Shown: positions 41,353 to 54,756, counted from the first letter of the stretch. The stretch: 64,000 bases of DNA from Bacteroidota bacterium (GCA_034439635.1 JAWXAS010000035.1:33297-97296), one strand, 5' to 3'. Program-made: numbers and translations. Notes: a model not told the origin generated them from the letters alone.

Positions 41353-44300
41353 TTAAGCTTCTTGCTCTATCTCTTCTTTACTTGCCATTAATCGCTCGTA
41401 TTCTTCTTTGCTTCCTACTACAAGTTTTTCGTAATGACGTAGACCTGTACCTGCAGGAATTAAGTGTCCTACAATTACGTTCTCTTTCAAGCCGTTTAAT
41501 GTGTCTACTTTTCCGTTCACTGCTGCTTCATTCAATACTTTTGTAGTTTCTTGGAACGATGCTGCTGAGATCCAGCTGCTGGTTTGTAATGATGCACGTG
41601 TGATACCTTGTAAGATCGGATTTGCTGTTGCAGGAACCGCATCGCGGGCTTCAACAATTTTAAGATCTTTGCGTCTCAACACTGAGTTCTCATCACGTAA
41701 TTTACGCGCAGTAATAATTTGTCCGCGTTTCAATTCAGTGCTATCACCCGGCTCTAACACAACTTTTTTACCAAACACGTTATCGTTCTCTGTCATGAAA
41801 TCGATCTTGTTTGCTAATTGTTGTTCTAAGAACATTGTATCACCCGGATCAACGATCTCAACCTTACGCATCATTTGACGCACAATAGTTTCGAAGTGCT
41901 TGTCATTTAATTTCTGACCTTGTAAACGGTATACCTCTTGAATTTCATTCACTAAGTATTCCTGTACTGAAGTTGGCCCTTTGATAGATAAAATATCTCC
42001 AGGACTCACAGCACCGTCTGATAAAGAATCACCGGCACGAACGAAATCGTTCTCTTGTACTAAGATGTGTTTACTTAAGTTAACTAAATAACGGCGTTGC
42101 TCTCCGGTTTTTGCTTCAACGATCACCTCACGGTTACCACGTTTAATTTTACCGAATGAAACAATACCATCAATTTCAGAAACAACAGCAGGATTGCTTG
42201 GATTACGAGCCTCGAATAATTCAGTTACACGAGGTAAACCACCGGTGATATCACCAGTTTTACCCGTAACACGAGGGATCTTAACCAACGTAGTACCCGG
42301 CTCAATTTTTGCACCTTCAGCTACGATGATGTGTGCACCAACCGGAATGTTGTATGTTTTTAACGGCTCACCTTTTTTATCCACAACTCGGATCATAGGG
42401 CTCATCGTTTTATCTTTACTTTCAATGATCACTTTCTCTTTAAAGCCTGTTTGTTCGTCAGACTCTTCACGGAAAGTTACATTTTCTTTGATATGCTCAA
42501 ACTCTGCAGTACCACCAAATTCAGAAACGATGATAGCATTGTATGGATCCCAATCACAAATAAGCTCACCTTTTTTCACTTTAGAACCTGGCTTAATGTA
42601 TAAGTCAGAACCATAAGGAATATTTCCGGTAGTTAAAGTAATGCCTGTATTTGAATCAACGATACGAACCTCAGTTGAACGACCAATAACGATATTTACT
42701 TTTTTACCATCATTGTTTATTCTTTCTACTGTACGTAATTCGTCAATTTCAGCAATACCATCATACTTCGCTTCCAATTTAGAAGATGCAGCAACGTTAC
42801 TTGCAGTACCACCCACGTGGAATGTACGAAGCGTTAACTGTGTACCCGGCTCACCAATTGATTGTGCAGCAATAACACCTACAGCCTCACCTAACTGAAC
42901 TAATCGCCCGTTAGCTAAGTTACGACCGTAACATTTTGAACACACACCATGTTTTGATTCGCACGTTAATACCGAACGGATATCAATTGTTTCAATTGGA
43001 GATGCTTCAATTTTTGCACCAATATCTTCATTGATCAATTCACCTACAGAAACGATCAAATCACCTGTTGTTGGATGATAAACATCATTTACAGCAACGC
43101 GACCTAAAATACGATCGTACAATGATTCAACTACATCATCATTATTTTTTAAAGCTGTCATGCTTAAACCACGAAGTGTTCCGCAATCTGACTCATTAAT
43201 AATAACGTCTTGTGCAACGTCAACTAAACGACGTGTTAAGTAACCCGCATCGGCAGTTTTAAGAGCCGTATCAGCCAAACCTTTACGCGCACCGTGAGTT
43301 GAAATAAAATATTCTAAGATAGAAAGTCCTTCACGGAAATTAGATAATACCGGATTCTCAATGATAGATGCAGTTGTATCACCCGCTTTTTGAGGCTTAG
43401 CCATCAAACCACGCATTCCACTTAACTGTTTAATTTGTTCTTTACTACCACGAGCACCAGAGTCAAGCATCATGTACACGGCGTTGAAACCTTGACGTTC
43501 TGTGCTTAATTTATCTAATACCTTTTTTGTAACTTTTGAGTTAGCATGAGTCCAGATGTCGATGATCTGATTGTAACGCTCGTTGTTGGTAATGAAACCT
43601 AAGTTATAGTTTCCAATTACTTCATCAACTTGCTCTTGTGCATCAGCAATGATCTTTGTTTTCTCAGGAGGAGTTTGGATATCTCCTAAGTTAAATGATA
43701 AACCACCTTTGAATGCAGTACGGAATCCAATTTCTTTGATATCATCCAAGAATTTAGCAGCAACTGCCATACCCGAACGTTTGATAACGTTACCGATTAT
43801 ATCACGAAGAGATTTCTTAGTTAGTAATTCATTGATGTAACCTACTTCATGAGGAACAACTGTGTTAAAGATCACACGACCAACAGTAGTATCAATTACT
43901 TTAGTTACTAATTTATCACCTTCCCAAGCATTTGTAACTCTTACTTTGATAGTAGCATGCATATCAACTTTCTTTTCATTCAAAGCAATATTTACTTCTT
44001 CAGCAGAATAAAATATTTTTCCTTCTCCACGTACACCATCATTTTCTAAGTTCATTTTACCTTTTGTAAGATAATATAAACCTAACACCATGTCTTGTGA
44101 TGGCACCGCAACCGGTGCACCATTCGAAGGGTTTAAAATATTATGTGAAGCCAACATTAAAATTTGTGCTTCTAAAATTGCGGCATGTCCCAACGGAACG
44201 TGCACCGCCATTTGATCACCGTCGAAATCGGCGTTAAACGCAGTACACACTAGGGGATGTAACTGTATCGCTTTTCCTTCGATCAATTTTGGTTGGAATG

Positions 44301-45648
44301 CTTGAATACCTAATCTGTGGAGTGTTGGAGCACGATTCAAAAGAACTGGATGTCCCTTTAACGCGTTCTCTAAAATATCCCAAACAATTGGCTCTTTACG
44401 ATCAACAATTTTCTTAGCTGATTTTACTGTTTTTACAATACCACGCTCTATCATTTTACGAATGATAAATGGCTTGAATAGTTCAGCAGCCATTTCTTTT
44501 GGCAATCCGCACTCGTGTAGTTTCAATTCAGGTCCTACAACAATTACCGAACGCGCTGAATAATCCACACGTTTACCTAATAAGTTTTGACGGAAACGGC
44601 CTTGCTTACCTTTTAATGAATCAGATAATGATTTTAAAGGGCGGTTACTTTCTGTTTTAACTGCATTTGATTTACGTGAGTTGTCAAATAATGAATCAAC
44701 CGACTCTTGCAACATACGTTTTTCGTTACGTAAAATTACATCGGGAGCTTTAATTTCAATTAAACGCTTTAAACGGTTATTACGAATAATAACACGGCGG
44801 TATAAATCATTTAAATCAGAAGTAGCAAAACGACCTCCATCCAATGGAACGAGTGGACGTAATTCTGGTGGAATAACTGGCACAACTTTAATAATCATCC
44901 ACTCTGGCTTGTTAACCACATTTTGGTTAGCTTGACGGAATGCTTCAATAACATTTAAACGTTTTAATGCTTCGTTTTTACGTTGTTGTGATGTTTCATT
45001 ACTTGCTTTGTGACGTAATTCATATGATAACGAATCTAAATCTAACCGCGATAAAAGCTCTTGTAAAGCTTCTGCACCCATCTTAGCAATAAATTTATTT
45101 GGATCTGCATCATCTAACATTGCATTTTCTTTTGGCAATGCATCTAATGTATTCAAGTATTCTTCTTCAGTTAAAAAGTCTAAGTAGCTTACGCCTTTTT
45201 CGGCAGCAACACCTGCACTAATTACTACATAACGCTCGTAGTAAATGATCATGTCCAGTTTCTTAGTTGGTAATCCCAACAAGTAACCAATTTTATTAGG
45301 TAATGAACGGAAATACCAGATGTGCGCAACTGGAACCACTAAATTAATGTGTCCCATACGCTCACGACGTACTTTCTTTTCTGTAACCTCAACACCACAA
45401 CGGTCACAAACAATTCCTTTGTAACGAATACGTTTGTATTTACCGCAGTGACACTCATAATCTTTTACAGGTCCAAAGATACGCTCGCAAAACAAACCGT
45501 CTCTTTCAGGTTTGTAGGTACGATAATTGATTGTTTCAGGTTTTAGAACCTCGCCACTTGAACGTTTCAAGATAGTTTCAGGCGAAGCTAAACTGATGGT
45601 TATTCTAGAGAAATTCGATTTTTGTTTGTTATCTCTTCTTAAAGCCAT
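41353..45648 (-). CDS. rpoC: RNA polymerase beta' subunit
   Basis: NADFDGD catalytic motif; Zn finger CHCGKYK...CDRC. Confidence 0.99.
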   Translation of the reverse strand: MALRRDNKQKSNFSRITISLASPETILKRSSGEVLKPETINYRTYKPERDGLFCERIFGPVKDYECHCGKYKRIRYKGIVCDRCGVEVTEKKVRRERMGHINLVVPVAHIWYFRSLPNKIGYLLGLPTKKLDMIIYYERYVVISAGVAAEKGVSYLDFLTEEEYLNTLDALPKENAMLDDADPNKFIAKMGAEALQELLSRLDLDSLSYELRHKASNETSQQRKNEALKRLNVIEAFRQANQNVVNKPEWMIIKVVPVIPPELRPLVPLDGGRFATSDLNDLYRRVIIRNNRLKRLIEIKAPDVILRNEKRMLQESVDSLFDNSRKSNAVKTESNRPLKSLSDSLKGKQGRFRQNLLGKRVDYSARSVIVVGPELKLHECGLPKEMAAELFKPFIIRKMIERGIVKTVKSAKKIVDRKEPIVWDILENALKGHPVLLNRAPTLHRLGIQAFQPKLIEGKAIQLHPLVCTAFNADFDGDQMAVHVPLGHAAILEAQILMLASHNILNPSNGAPVAVPSQDMVLGLYYLTKGKMNLENDGVRGEGKIFYSAEEVNIALNEKKVDMHATIKVRVTNAWEGDKLVTKVIDTTVGRVIFNTVVPHEVGYINELLTKKSLRDIIGNVIKRSGMAVAAKFLDDIKEIGFRTAFKGGLSFNLGDIQTPPEKTKIIADAQEQVDEVIGNYNLGFITNNERYNQIIDIWTHANSKVTKKVLDKLSTERQGFNAVYMMLDSGARGSKEQIKQLSGMRGLMAKPQKAGDTTASIIENPVLSNFREGLSILEYFISTHGARKGLADTALKTADAGYLTRRLVDVAQDVIINESDCGTLRGLSMTALKNNDDVVESLYDRILGRVAVNDVYHPTTGDLIVSVGELINEDIGAKIEASPIETIDIRSVLTCESKHGVCSKCYGRNLANGRLVQLGEAVGVIAAQSIGEPGTQLTLRTFHVGGTASNVAASSKLEAKYDGIAEIDELRTVERINNDGKKVNIVIGRSTEVRIVDSNTGITLTTGNIPYGSDLYIKPGSKVKKGELICDWDPYNAIIVSEFGGTAEFEHIKENVTFREESDEQTGFKEKVIIESKDKTMSPMIRVVDKKGEPLKTYNIPVGAHIIVAEGAKIEPGTTLVKIPRVTGKTGDITGGLPRVTELFEARNPSNPAVVSEIDGIVSFGKIKRGNREVIVEAKTGEQRRYLVNLSKHILVQENDFVRAGDSLSDGAVSPGDILSIKGPTSVQEYLVNEIQEVYRLQGQKLNDKHFETIVRQMMRKVEIVDPGDTMFLEQQLANKIDFMTENDNVFGKKVVLEPGDSTELKRGQIITARKLRDENSVLRRKDLKIVEARDAVPATANPILQGITRASLQTSSWISAASFQETTKVLNEAAVNGKVDTLNGLKENVIVGHLIPAGTGLRHYEKLVVGSKEEYERLMASKEEIEQEA

Positions 45649-45700
45649 GTTATATTTACCGGTTTAATTTTTAATTTATTTGAGTACACAATGCCAGTTC

Positions 45701-45732
45701 GAGAGAGTTGGAATTGAATTCCAACTCTTCTC
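45701..45732. other. Palindromic hairpin between rpoB and rpoC
   Basis: gagttggaatt-g-aattccaactc, extendable with a one-base bulge. Confidence 0.6.
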
Positions 45733-45742
45733 TACTCTGCAT

Positions 45743-48700
45743 TTAATCCATTGTAATATCTAATGCCAAGCCTCTTAATTCGTGCAACAATACGTTGAAC
45801 GACTCAGGAATACCCGGAGTTGGGATATTATCGCCTTTTACAATTGCTTCGTAAGCTTTTGCACGACCAATAACATCATCAGATTTTACAGTTAATAATT
45901 CTTGTAACACGTTGGCTGCACCGTATGCTTCTAGTGCCCAAACCTCCATCTCACCAAAACGCTGACCACCAAATTGTGCTTTACCACCAAGAGGTTGTTG
46001 CGTAATTAATGAATATGGTCCGATCGAACGCGCGTGCATCTTATCATCTACCATGTGACCTAATTTCAGCATGTAAATTATCCCTACAGTTGCTGGTTGA
46101 TCAAAACGTTCTCCTGTTCCACCATCGTGCAAATAAGTACGTCCGTATTGCGGAACGCCTGCTTTAGCAGTGTACTCATCAATTTGCTCAATTGTAGCAC
46201 CGTCGAAAATAGGTGTTGAGAATTTCAATCCTAATTTTTGTCCGGCCCAAGCAAGAACTGTTTCATAGATCTGACCTAAGTTCATACGAGAAGGTACACC
46301 AAGTGGATTCAATACGATATCTACCGGAGTTCCGTCTTCTAAGAATGGCATGTCTTCATCCTTTACGATACGAGCAACAATACCTTTGTTACCGTGACGA
46401 CCCGCCATTTTATCACCCACTTTTAACTTACGTTTTTGAGCGATATAAACCTTAGCCAACTTCACAATTCCGTTTGGTAATTCATCACCAACTGAAATTT
46501 GGAATTTCTCACGTTTGTACTTTCCTAATAGATCGTTGTACTGGATCATGAAGTTGTGAAGCAAACGCTCTACAGATTCATTTTTATCTTTATCAGTTGT
46601 CCAGTTACTTGGATTTACTTCCGAATAATCAACACGCTCTAATAATTTTTGAGTGAATTTTGTTCCGCGAGGAATTACTTCTTCACCTAAGATATTGGTT
46701 ACACCTTGAGATGTTCTTCCGTTCACAAGTACGAATAATTTGTCAACTAATTTTAATTTCAGGTTATAAACATTCTTCTCGTGTTCTGAATCCAATTTTT
46801 CGATCATTGGTTTCTCTTCGGCTTTTGTCTTTTTATCCTTAATAGCACGAGAGAATAATTTTTTATCTATAACAACACCTTTGATAGATGGAGATACTTT
46901 TAATGAAGCATCTTTTACATCACCCGCTTTATCACCAAAGATGGCACGTAACAATTTCTCTTCCGGGGAAGGATCTGTTTCACCTTTTGGAGTAATCTTA
47001 CCGATAAGGATATCGCCTTCTTTTACGTCGGCACCAACTCTAACTATTCCGTTCTCATCTAAGTCTTTAGTTGCTTCTTCACTTACGTTAGGAATATCAG
47101 GAGTTAACTCTTCTAAACCACGTTTTGTGTCGCGCACTTCTAAAGTATACTCATCAATATGAATTGATGTGAAGATATCATCACGAACAATTTTTTCAGA
47201 GATAACAATTGCATCCTCAAAGTTGTAACCTTTCCAAGGCATGAACGCTACTTTTAAGTTACGACCTAATGCTAACTCACCATCTTGTGTTGCATAACCA
47301 TCGCATAATACTTGTCCTTTAGTAACTTTATCACCTTTCTTAACGATAGGTTTTAAGTTCATACAAGTACTTTGATTTGTTTTTTGGAATTTAGTTAACT
47401 TGTATGTTTTCACATCACCTTCGAAGCTTACTAATTTTTCATCTTCAGAACGTGTGTAACGAATAACGATCTCACGAGCATCAACGTATTCAACAATTCC
47501 ATTGTTCTCAGCATTTATCAATACACGGCTATCTTCAGCAACGCGTGCTTCGATACCTGTACCAACAATTGGTGCTTGAGGACGTAATAATGGAACTGCT
47601 TGACGTTGCATGTTCGACCCCATCAATGCACGGTTTGCGTCATCATGCTCCAAGAAAGGAATTAATGATGCAGCGATTGATGCAATTTGATTTGGCGCAA
47701 CATCCATTAAATGAATTTGCGACGGTTCAAGAATAGGGAAATCACCTTCGCGACGGGATGTTACTTTTTGAGTTATAAAAACTCCTTTGTCATCCAAGTC
47801 AACATTTGCTTGCGCGATATTTTTTTGATCTTCTTCTTCCGCCGTTAAATAAATAACAGGTTTATTAACCTCAACCTTGCTATTTGCAACGTTACGGAAT
47901 GGAGTTTCAATAAAGCCTAATTTATTAACCTTAGCGAATACACATAGTGAAGAAATCAAACCAATGTTTGGTCCTTCTGGTGTTTCAATGGTGCATAAAC
48001 GGCCGTAGTGTGTGTAGTGAACGTCACGAACCTCGAAACCTGCACGCTCACGACTTAAACCTCCTGGCCCTAGTGCCGATAGACGACGCTTATGCGTAAT
48101 CTCGGATAGAGGGTTGGTTTGATCCATGAACTGAGATAACTGATTTGTTCCGAAGAACGAGTTAATTACAGACGATAATGTTTTTGCGTTGATCAAATCG
48201 GTTGGCGAGAACACCTCATTATCACGAACGTTCATACGCTCACGAATAGTACGAGCAATACGCGCTAAACCAACGCCGAACTGAGCGTATAATTGCTCAC
48301 CTACAGTACGAACACGACGGTTTGACAAGTGATCGATATCATCCACATTTGTTTTTGAGTTAATTAACTCGATCAAATATTTAATGATGAGGATCATGTC
48401 CTCTTTAGTTAATACACGGATCTCCGTTGGAATATCGATACCGAATTTTTTATTGATACGGTAACGTCCAACTTCTCCTAGATCATAACGTTTATCAGAG
48501 AAAAATAATTTATCAATTACACCACGTGCAGTTTCTTCATCAGGTGGCTCAGCATTACGAAGTAAACGGTAGATGAACTCTATCGCTTCTTTTTCTGAGT
48601 TAGTTGAATCTTTTTGTAAAGTGTTATAAATAATAGTGTAATCTGCACTGTTCACGTCTTCTTTGTGAAGAATGATAGATTTTACACCTGAATCACATAT

Positions 48701-49552
48701 CAAATCGATGTGATCATCTTCTAATAAAGTTTCGCGATCAATAATAACTTCGTTACGTTCGATAGAAACTACCTCTCCGGTATCCTCGTCTACGAAATCT
48801 TCGATCCAGGTTTTAAGAACACGAGCAGCTAATCTGCGGCCAACTTCGCGTTTTAAACCTGCTTTACTAACTTTAACCTCATCAGCAAGACCAAAGATCT
48901 CGAGAATTTGTTTATCGCTTTCGAAACCGATAGCGCGTAATAAAGTAGTAACAGGTAATTTTTTCTTACGATCAATATAAGCATACATCACGTTATTGAT
49001 ATCGGTTGCGAATTCTATCCACGAACCTTTAAACGGAATAACGCGAGCGCTGTATAATTTGGTTCCGTTAGCATGACGGCTTTGGCCGAAGAACACACCC
49101 GGAGAACGGTGTAATTGTGAAACAATAACACGTTCAGCACCATTTATGATAAAAGATCCTTTTGGGGTCATGTAAGGGATAGTTCCCAAATACACGTCCT
49201 GCATGATAGGCTCGAAATCCTCATGCTCAGGATCTGTACAATACAAATATAATTTTGCTTTTAAAGGCACACTGTATGTCAAACCACGTTCGATACATTC
49301 ATCAAGAGAATAGCGAGGTGGATCGATGTAGTAGTCCTTGAACTCTAACACGAAATTGTTACGTGCATCAGAGATAGGGAAGTTCTCAGCGAACACTTTG
49401 AATAACCCTTCTTTTTTACGGTTATCAGGTGTAGTTTCCAGCTGGAAAAAATCCTGGAAAGATTTGATCTGTATATCCAAAAAATCTGGATACTCGATCG
49501 GGAATTTGTTTGACGAGAAGTTAACTCGTTTCTGATTTTTAATTGCTGCCAA
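45743..49552 (-). CDS. rpoB: RNA polymerase beta subunit
   Basis: [20 protein letters not shown] and GGQRFGEME motifs. Confidence 0.99.
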   Translation of the reverse strand: MAAIKNQKRVNFSSNKFPIEYPDFLDIQIKSFQDFFQLETTPDNRKKEGLFKVFAENFPISDARNNFVLEFKDYYIDPPRYSLDECIERGLTYSVPLKAKLYLYCTDPEHEDFEPIMQDVYLGTIPYMTPKGSFIINGAERVIVSQLHRSPGVFFGQSRHANGTKLYSARVIPFKGSWIEFATDINNVMYAYIDRKKKLPVTTLLRAIGFESDKQILEIFGLADEVKVSKAGLKREVGRRLAARVLKTWIEDFVDEDTGEVVSIERNEVIIDRETLLEDDHIDLICDSGVKSIILHKEDVNSADYTIIYNTLQKDSTNSEKEAIEFIYRLLRNAEPPDEETARGVIDKLFFSDKRYDLGEVGRYRINKKFGIDIPTEIRVLTKEDMILIIKYLIELINSKTNVDDIDHLSNRRVRTVGEQLYAQFGVGLARIARTIRERMNVRDNEVFSPTDLINAKTLSSVINSFFGTNQLSQFMDQTNPLSEITHKRRLSALGPGGLSRERAGFEVRDVHYTHYGRLCTIETPEGPNIGLISSLCVFAKVNKLGFIETPFRNVANSKVEVNKPVIYLTAEEEDQKNIAQANVDLDDKGVFITQKVTSRREGDFPILEPSQIHLMDVAPNQIASIAASLIPFLEHDDANRALMGSNMQRQAVPLLRPQAPIVGTGIEARVAEDSRVLINAENNGIVEYVDAREIVIRYTRSEDEKLVSFEGDVKTYKLTKFQKTNQSTCMNLKPIVKKGDKVTKGQVLCDGYATQDGELALGRNLKVAFMPWKGYNFEDAIVISEKIVRDDIFTSIHIDEYTLEVRDTKRGLEELTPDIPNVSEEATKDLDENGIVRVGADVKEGDILIGKITPKGETDPSPEEKLLRAIFGDKAGDVKDASLKVSPSIKGVVIDKKLFSRAIKDKKTKAEEKPMIEKLDSEHEKNVYNLKLKLVDKLFVLVNGRTSQGVTNILGEEVIPRGTKFTQKLLERVDYSEVNPSNWTTDKDKNESVERLLHNFMIQYNDLLGKYKREKFQISVGDELPNGIVKLAKVYIAQKRKLKVGDKMAGRHGNKGIVARIVKDEDMPFLEDGTPVDIVLNPLGVPSRMNLGQIYETVLAWAGQKLGLKFSTPIFDGATIEQIDEYTAKAGVPQYGRTYLHDGGTGERFDQPATVGIIYMLKLGHMVDDKMHARSIGPYSLITQQPLGGKAQFGGQRFGEMEVWALEAYGAANVLQELLTVKSDDVIGRAKAYEAIVKGDNIPTPGIPESFNVLLHELRGLALDITMD

Positions 49553-49611
49553 GGTAATTTTTGGTTAAGTAAAACAATAAAGAGAGGTACCCGTGTTTTT
49601 GTTGTTCTCAA

Positions 49612-49645
49612 CAAAAGGAAAATGGCGGGCGCTTAGCGCCCAGCC
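49612..49645 (-). terminator. rplL-rpoB intergenic terminator/attenuator hairpin
   Basis: Minus-strand GGCUGGGCGC-UAA-GCGCCCGCC followed by AUUUUCCUUUU. Confidence 0.6.
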
Positions 49646-49666
49646 TTTTCCAAATTCCAATAGAAA

Positions 49667-50035
49667 TTACTTAACTTCTACTTTAGCACCAGCTTCTTCT
49701 AAAGCTTTTTTAATAGCTTCAGCTTCTTCTTTTCCAATGCCCTCTTTTACTGGCTTCGGAGCTCCATCCACTAAGTCTTTAGCTTCTTTCAATCCTAAAC
49801 CTGTAAGGTCTTTTACAACTTTTACAACACCTAATTTAGCAGCACCTGCTTCTTTTAGGATAACATCAAAAGTTGTTTTTACAGCAGCAGCTTCTCCGCC
49901 ACCGCCACCTGATACTACAACCGCAGCTGCAGCAGGTTCTATGCCGTACTCGTCTTTTAATATTTTAGCTAAGTCTTGTACTTCTTTTACTGTTAAGCTT
50001 ACTAATGTTTCAGCTACTGATTTTACGTCTGCCAT
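49667..50035 (-). CDS. rplL: 50S ribosomal protein L7/L12
   Basis: [15 protein letters not shown] motif. Confidence 0.99.
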   Translation of the reverse strand: MADVKSVAETLVSLTVKEVQDLAKILKDEYGIEPAAAAVVVSGGGGGEAAAVKTTFDVILKEAGAAKLGVVKVVKDLTGLGLKEAKDLVDGAPKPVKEGIGKEEAEAIKKALEEAGAKVEVK

Positions 50036-50102
50036 TTTATTATGGTTTTTAAATTTATTAATAATTAATTTTTATTCTTTTTGATCACTCTTCTAGTGGT
50101 TA

Positions 50103-50606
50103 TTATGCCGCAGCATCTTCCCCACTTTTTCTGTTTTCTAGGCCACCAATAACGCGTTGGATCGGAGATTGTAATAATCCAATTATCTCTCCTATCATTT
50201 CGTTTTTCGATTTCAACGATGCCAAAGCATCTAATTGATTATCGCCCATATAAATCATTTCTTCAACAAAGGCCGCTTTTAAAACTGGCTTAACGCCTGC
50301 TTTACCACGAAACTCCTTAATAACTTTAGCCGGTGCGCTTGACACATCGGTAAAGATCAAAGCAGTTTCGCCTTTTAATGCAGGTATAAGTTCAGCTAAA
50401 CGCGAATCGCTTGCGCGCTCGATCGCTTTTTTCAATAAGGTGTTTTTTACAACCTTTACTGATATCTTTTTTGCGAAACAAGCTCTGCGGAAATTATTTA
50501 CTTTTTCTACTGTTAATGAAGAACAATCTGCTAAATAGATCTTGTTGTTAGCGTTTAATTCGCTAACCAACCCGTCTATCACTTTTGTTTTTTCAGCTTT
50601 ATTCAT
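50103..50606 (-). CDS. rplJ: 50S ribosomal protein L10
   Basis: VVKNTLLKKA and LKSKNEMIGEIIGLLQSP; synteny. Confidence 0.97.
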   Translation of the reverse strand: MNKAEKTKVIDGLVSELNANNKIYLADCSSLTVEKVNNFRRACFAKKISVKVVKNTLLKKAIERASDSRLAELIPALKGETALIFTDVSSAPAKVIKEFRGKAGVKPVLKAAFVEEMIYMGDNQLDALASLKSKNEMIGEIIGLLQSPIQRVIGGLENRKSGEDAAA

Positions 50607-50630
50607 AGCTTTTTTTAGTTTTAGCAGTTT

Positions 50631-51323
50631 TTAATTAAATGATTTGGTGTCGATGATGATACCTGGACTCATAGTGCTGCTCATTGTAATTGATCTTACA
50701 TATGAACCTTTAGCACTTGATGGTTTCAATTTCATAACTGCTTGTAACAATTCATTTGCGTTGTCGGCAATTTTTGCTGCATCAAAAGATGCTTTACCAA
50801 CTGCTGCATGAATGATGCCTGCTTTGTCTACTTTGAAATCAATTTTACCACCCTTTGAATCGGTTACAGCTTTACCTACGTCCATGGTTACAGTACCAGT
50901 TTTAGGATTTGGCATTAAACCACGAGGGCCTAGTACACGTCCTAAAGCACCAACTTTACCCATAACAGAAGGCATAGTGATGATAACATCAACATCTGTC
51001 CAACCACCTTTTATTTTCTCGATGTACTCGTCTAATCCAACGAAATCCGCACCTGCAGCTTTAGCCTCAGCTTCTTTATCCGGAGTAACAATTGCTAATA
51101 CGCGCAATATTTTTCCAGTTCCGTGAGGTAATGATACAGTTCCACGAACCATTTGATTAGCTTTCCTTGGGTCAACTCCTAAGCGGATCGCAAGATCCAC
51201 AGACGAATCAAATTTTGTAGTTGTAATGTCCTTTACAATTTTTGAAGCGTCTACTACAGAGTAAGCTTTTTCAGCATCATACTTTGCTTCAGAAGCTTTT
51301 CTTTTTTTAGTCAACGTTGCCAT
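50631..51323 (-). CDS. rplA: 50S ribosomal protein L1
   Basis: [14 protein letters not shown] and [14 protein letters not shown]. Confidence 0.99.
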   Translation of the reverse strand: MATLTKKRKASEAKYDAEKAYSVVDASKIVKDITTTKFDSSVDLAIRLGVDPRKANQMVRGTVSLPHGTGKILRVLAIVTPDKEAEAKAAGADFVGLDEYIEKIKGGWTDVDVIITMPSVMGKVGALGRVLGPRGLMPNPKTGTVTMDVGKAVTDSKGGKIDFKVDKAGIIHAAVGKASFDAAKIADNANELLQAVMKLKPSSAKGSYVRSITMSSTMSPGIIIDTKSFN

Positions 51324-51360
51324 TTTTTTGAAAGCGTTTTTAATTAATAATTATTTTAAT

Positions 51361-51798
51361 TTAGAAAGGTTTGTTTCCTGAAACAGTTACACCCATACTC
51401 CGCGCAGTACCTGCGATCATACTCATTGCTGATTCCATTGTAAAACAGTTCATGTCTACAATTTTATCTTCTGCAATTTTTTTGATCTGATCCCAACTGA
51501 TCGAACCAACTTTTTTACGATTGCTCGTAGCTGATCCAATTTGTACTTTGGTAGCCTCTTTTATTTGAACTGCAACAGGCGGACGTTTGATAACAAAATC
51601 AAACGACTTATCGGTATAAACATTAATGATTACAGGTAAAATTTTACCTGGTTGATCTTGGGTTCTTGCGTTGAACTGTTTGCAAAACTCCATGATGTTT
51701 ACACCTTTAGCACCTAAAGCAGGACCAATAGGAGGCGATGGGTTAGCAGCTCCACCTTTGATTTGCAACTTTACAATTGCTGATAACTCTTTTGCCAT
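51361..51798 (-). CDS. rplK: 50S ribosomal protein L11
   Basis: [12 protein letters not shown] and FCKQFNART. Confidence 0.99.
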   Translation of the reverse strand: MAKELSAIVKLQIKGGAANPSPPIGPALGAKGVNIMEFCKQFNARTQDQPGKILPVIINVYTDKSFDFVIKRPPVAVQIKEATKVQIGSATSNRKKVGSISWDQIKKIAEDKIVDMNCFTMESAMSMIAGTARSMGVTVSGNKPF

Positions 51799-51961
51799 TT
51801 CTTTTAGTTTTACTTTATTTATTTTATTTCAACGATCTAATGTCTCACCTATAGATCATTTTTTGTTATTGTTGGTTTGGTTAAGGCTCCTTTCGGAATT
51901 TAGTTACTTTGAGTTGGAAGCAGCAAAGCACTCTTACCTTAATTTACGCCATTCAATTTTT

Positions 51962-52531
51962 TTATTCTTTTTCTACTTCACCAAAGTTTAGTTCTACGGG
52001 TTGTTTACGTCCGAAGATCTTCACTGTAACTTTAATTTTCTTTTTGTCTTCCATTACTTCTTCAATGATGCCAATGAATCCGTTGAATGGACCGTTAATT
52101 ACTTTCACCGATTCGCCAACCATGTAATTTGTTGCCATGGTTCCTTCGCTCTCAGTTAATTCATCAACCTTGCCTAAAATACGATTCACTTCCGTTAAGC
52201 GCATTGGAACAGGATCTCCGCCTTTAGTTTCGCCTAAGAAACCAATAACGCCTGTAATTTGCTTAATGATGTGAGTGATCTCACCTTTTAGAGCAGCTTC
52301 TATCAATACATATCCAGGATAGAAAGAACGTTCCTTAGTGGTTTTTTTACCATTGCGGATCTGAATGATCTTCTCCGTTGGAATCAACACTTGAGCAACG
52401 TACTCATTTAGTTTCAGGCGAGAGATCTCCATCTCAATGTATTGCTTTACCTTCTTCTCTTGCCCACTGATAGCGCGTACCACATACCATTTGCGGTTAA
52501 TTGCGTTATCTATTTTGGTTACTTCAGCCAT
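51962..52531 (-). CDS. nusG: Transcription termination/antitermination factor NusG
   Basis: WYVVRAISGQE, FYPGYVL, KOW GPFNGF and IFGRKQPVEL. Confidence 0.98.
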   Translation of the reverse strand: MAEVTKIDNAINRKWYVVRAISGQEKKVKQYIEMEISRLKLNEYVAQVLIPTEKIIQIRNGKKTTKERSFYPGYVLIEAALKGEITHIIKQITGVIGFLGETKGGDPVPMRLTEVNRILGKVDELTESEGTMATNYMVGESVKVINGPFNGFIGIIEEVMEDKKKIKVTVKIFGRKQPVELNFGEVEKE

Positions 52532-52549
52532 TTTAAATTCTTTAATTTA

Positions 52550-52744
52550 TTAACTAACTAAACTGTAAGCGGCCTTCATTAAATTCTCGAAGCCATAATC
52601 CATTAAGAATACCACCAACGCGATGATAACCGATGATATCATTACCACCACGGCACTTCCCTGAAGTTCTGTCCAGGTTGGCCAACTAACTTTGTTTAGA
52701 AGTTCGTTCTTTGTTTCACTTATATAATCACCAAACTTACTCAT
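52550..52744 (-). CDS. secE: Preprotein translocase SecE
   Basis: KVSWPTW plus a TM helix; lies between tRNA-Trp and nusG. Confidence 0.97.
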   Translation of the reverse strand: MSKFGDYISETKNELLNKVSWPTWTELQGSAVVVMISSVIIALVVFLMDYGFENLMKAAYSLVS

Positions 52745-52798
52745 GTCTTTTTCTTTAATTTTTTAACGTCCTCTTTCGCTTCGGCTTCTGAGGACAAG

Positions 52799-52869
52799 CA
52801 CGGGTGGAGAGATTCGAACTCCCATCAACGGTTTTGGAGACCGGTATGCTACCATTGCACCACACCCGT
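52799..52869 (-). tRNA. trnW: tRNA-Trp(CCA)
   Basis: Acceptor ACGGGTG/CACCCGT; anticodon loop CT-CCA-AA; GTTCGAAT T-loop. Confidence 0.95.
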
Positions 52870-52899
52870 TTTCCTTAAACTTCTTTACCCTTTATAAAT

Positions 52900-52937
52900 G
52901 GCAAAATGGCTACCCTTTTTTCGGGAGCCATTTTGCC
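52900..52937. terminator. Hairpin between tuf and tRNA-Trp
   Basis: ggcaaaatggct / agccattttgcc 12-bp perfect stem. Confidence 0.6.
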
Positions 52938-52957
52938 TATATTTATGACTATGGCAA

Positions 52958-54145
52958 TTAGTCTAAAATCTCAGTAACTTGACCAGCACCTACGGTACGA
53001 CCACCCTCACGGATAGCGAAACGTAGACCTTTGTCCATCGCAATTGGAGATATTAACATCACCTCAATTGTTACGTTATCTCCCGGCATTACCATTTCGC
53101 GACCTGATTCAAGAGTAATTTCTCCTGTTACGTCGGTTGTACGGAAATAGAATTGCGGACGATATTTATTTTGGAATGGAGTATGACGTCCACCTTCTTC
53201 TTTTTTCAAGATGTAAACCTCAGCTTTAAATTTAGCGTGTGGTTTTACTGTTCCTGGCTTAATAATAACCATTCCACGTTTGATGTCTTTTTTCTCGATA
53301 CCACGTAATAATAATCCTACGTTATCTCCAGCTTCACCGTAATCAAGGATCTTACGAAACATCTCAACACCTGTTACAGTAGAAGATAATTTCTCAGCGC
53401 CCATACCAATTATATCAACTGCATCGTTAGAGTTAATTACACCAGTTTCGATACGACCTGTAGCAACAGTACCACGACCAGTGATCGTGAACACGTCTTC
53501 AACAGGCATCAAAAATGGCTTATCTTTTTCACGTGGAGGAATTGGAATGAAAGCATCTACCGCATCCATTAATTCCATGATCTTATCAACCCATTTTGGA
53601 TCGCTATTCAATCCACCAAGAGCTGAACCACGAATGATAGGAGTGTTTACACCATCAAATTTATAGAACGTTAATAGTTCACGAATTTCCATTTCAACAA
53701 GGTCTAATAACTCTAAGTCATCAACCATGTCAACTTTGTTCATGAACACTACAATTTTAGGTACACCTACCTGACGTGCAAGAAGGATATGCTCACGAGT
53801 TTGTGGCATTGGTCCGTCGGTTGCAGCAACTACTAGAATTGCACCGTCCATTTGAGCAGCACCAGTAACCATGTTCTTAACGTAATCGGCGTGACCAGGA
53901 CAGTCAACGTGAGCGTAGTGACGGGTTAATGTTGAATACTCAACGTGTGAAGTATTAATTGTAATACCGCGTTCTTTCTCTTCTGGAGCGTTATCAATTG
54001 ACGAGAAGTCGCGAACTTCTGCTAAACCTTTACTTGCTAAAACAGTTGTAATAGCTGCAGTTAAAGTAGTTTTGCCGTGATCTACGTGACCAATAGTTCC
54101 AATGTTTAAGTGTGGTTTGGAACGGTCGAATTTTTCTTTTGCCAT
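52958..54145 (-). CDS. tuf: Elongation factor Tu
   Basis: [21 protein letters not shown] and [10 protein letters not shown] motifs. Confidence 0.99.
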   Translation of the reverse strand: MAKEKFDRSKPHLNIGTIGHVDHGKTTLTAAITTVLASKGLAEVRDFSSIDNAPEEKERGITINTSHVEYSTLTRHYAHVDCPGHADYVKNMVTGAAQMDGAILVVAATDGPMPQTREHILLARQVGVPKIVVFMNKVDMVDDLELLDLVEMEIRELLTFYKFDGVNTPIIRGSALGGLNSDPKWVDKIMELMDAVDAFIPIPPREKDKPFLMPVEDVFTITGRGTVATGRIETGVINSNDAVDIIGMGAEKLSSTVTGVEMFRKILDYGEAGDNVGLLLRGIEKKDIKRGMVIIKPGTVKPHAKFKAEVYILKKEEGGRHTPFQNKYRPQFYFRTTDVTGEITLESGREMVMPGDNVTIEVMLISPIAMDKGLRFAIREGGRTVGAGQVTEILD

Positions 54146-54215
54146 AGTTTTATTTTTTTACTTTTTGTTGTTATATATTATTAGTTTTCTACTAATTTTC
54201 TTTTTCAATTTTTTG

Positions 54216-54287
54216 AGCTGTTGAGCAGGATTGAACTGCCGACCTCCTCCTTACCAAGGAGGTGCTCTACCACTGAGCTACAACAGC
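54216..54287 (-). tRNA. trnT: tRNA-Thr(GGT)
   Basis: Acceptor GCTGTTG/CAACAGC; anticodon arm CCTCC-TTGGTAA-GGAGG. Confidence 0.95.
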
Positions 54288-54538
54288 CTGAACATTTGAA
54301 AATTCATTTTCTCGGCGTCGCAGCGAAGTTTTTTAATCCTCATTTACACTAGTAAACTCCGGCTAAAAAATTTCACGCTCCTTGAGAAAGTGAATTTTGA
54401 AATGTTCAGCAAAATGGTCCTCCTGAACGTTCAAAAATTGCTTTCTCAGCGTTAAAGTTTTCAAACGTTGTTTCTGAATTTTGTGACAATACACTAAATT
54501 CAATTTCAACTCAATTTTTTAAAGAACAATACGTTCAG
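54288..54538. repeat. Tandem nested-hairpin (MITE/REP-like) insertion inside the tRNA operon
   Basis: 26-bp inverted repeat 54288-54313 / 54384-54409 (2 mismatches) enclosing gaagtttttt/aaaaaatttc and tttac-acta-gtaaa. A second, degenerate unit is bounded by ctgaacgt (54423) and acgttcag (54531). Confidence 0.65.
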
Positions 54539-54683
54539 ATACACGAAAAGTCCCTCACTTTGGGGACATCCGAAACTCCATTGGCCGTGATACACAAGCC
54601 TTTCTTGTTTCGTCCGCACTAAACGGTTATTTTCAATCACCACAATCTCTTTTCTCTCTCCACTTTTCTCCTACATTTTAAAG

Positions 54684-54756
54684 AGCGAAAGACGGGTCTC
54701 GAACCCGCAACCTCCAGCTTGGAAGGCTGGAGCTCTACCAATTGAGCTACTTTCGC
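54684..54756 (-). tRNA. trnG: tRNA-Gly(TCC)
   Basis: Acceptor GCGAAAG/CTTTCGC; anticodon arm CCAGC-CTTCCAA-GCTGG. Confidence 0.95.

Noticed and set aside
41353-49552. Intein, fusion or antisense genes in rpoB/rpoC
   Set aside because: Lengths (1269 and 1431 aa) are ordinary, no intein motifs are visible, the genes are separate, and antisense ORFs are shadows.
51799-51961. L1-binding ribosomal leader upstream of rplK
   Set aside because: Plausible by position, but I could not identify the consensus structure by eye; needs a covariance-model search.
16323-54538. CRISPR array
   Set aside because: The repeats seen are isolated hairpins with no regularly spaced direct repeats and unique spacers; no cas genes.
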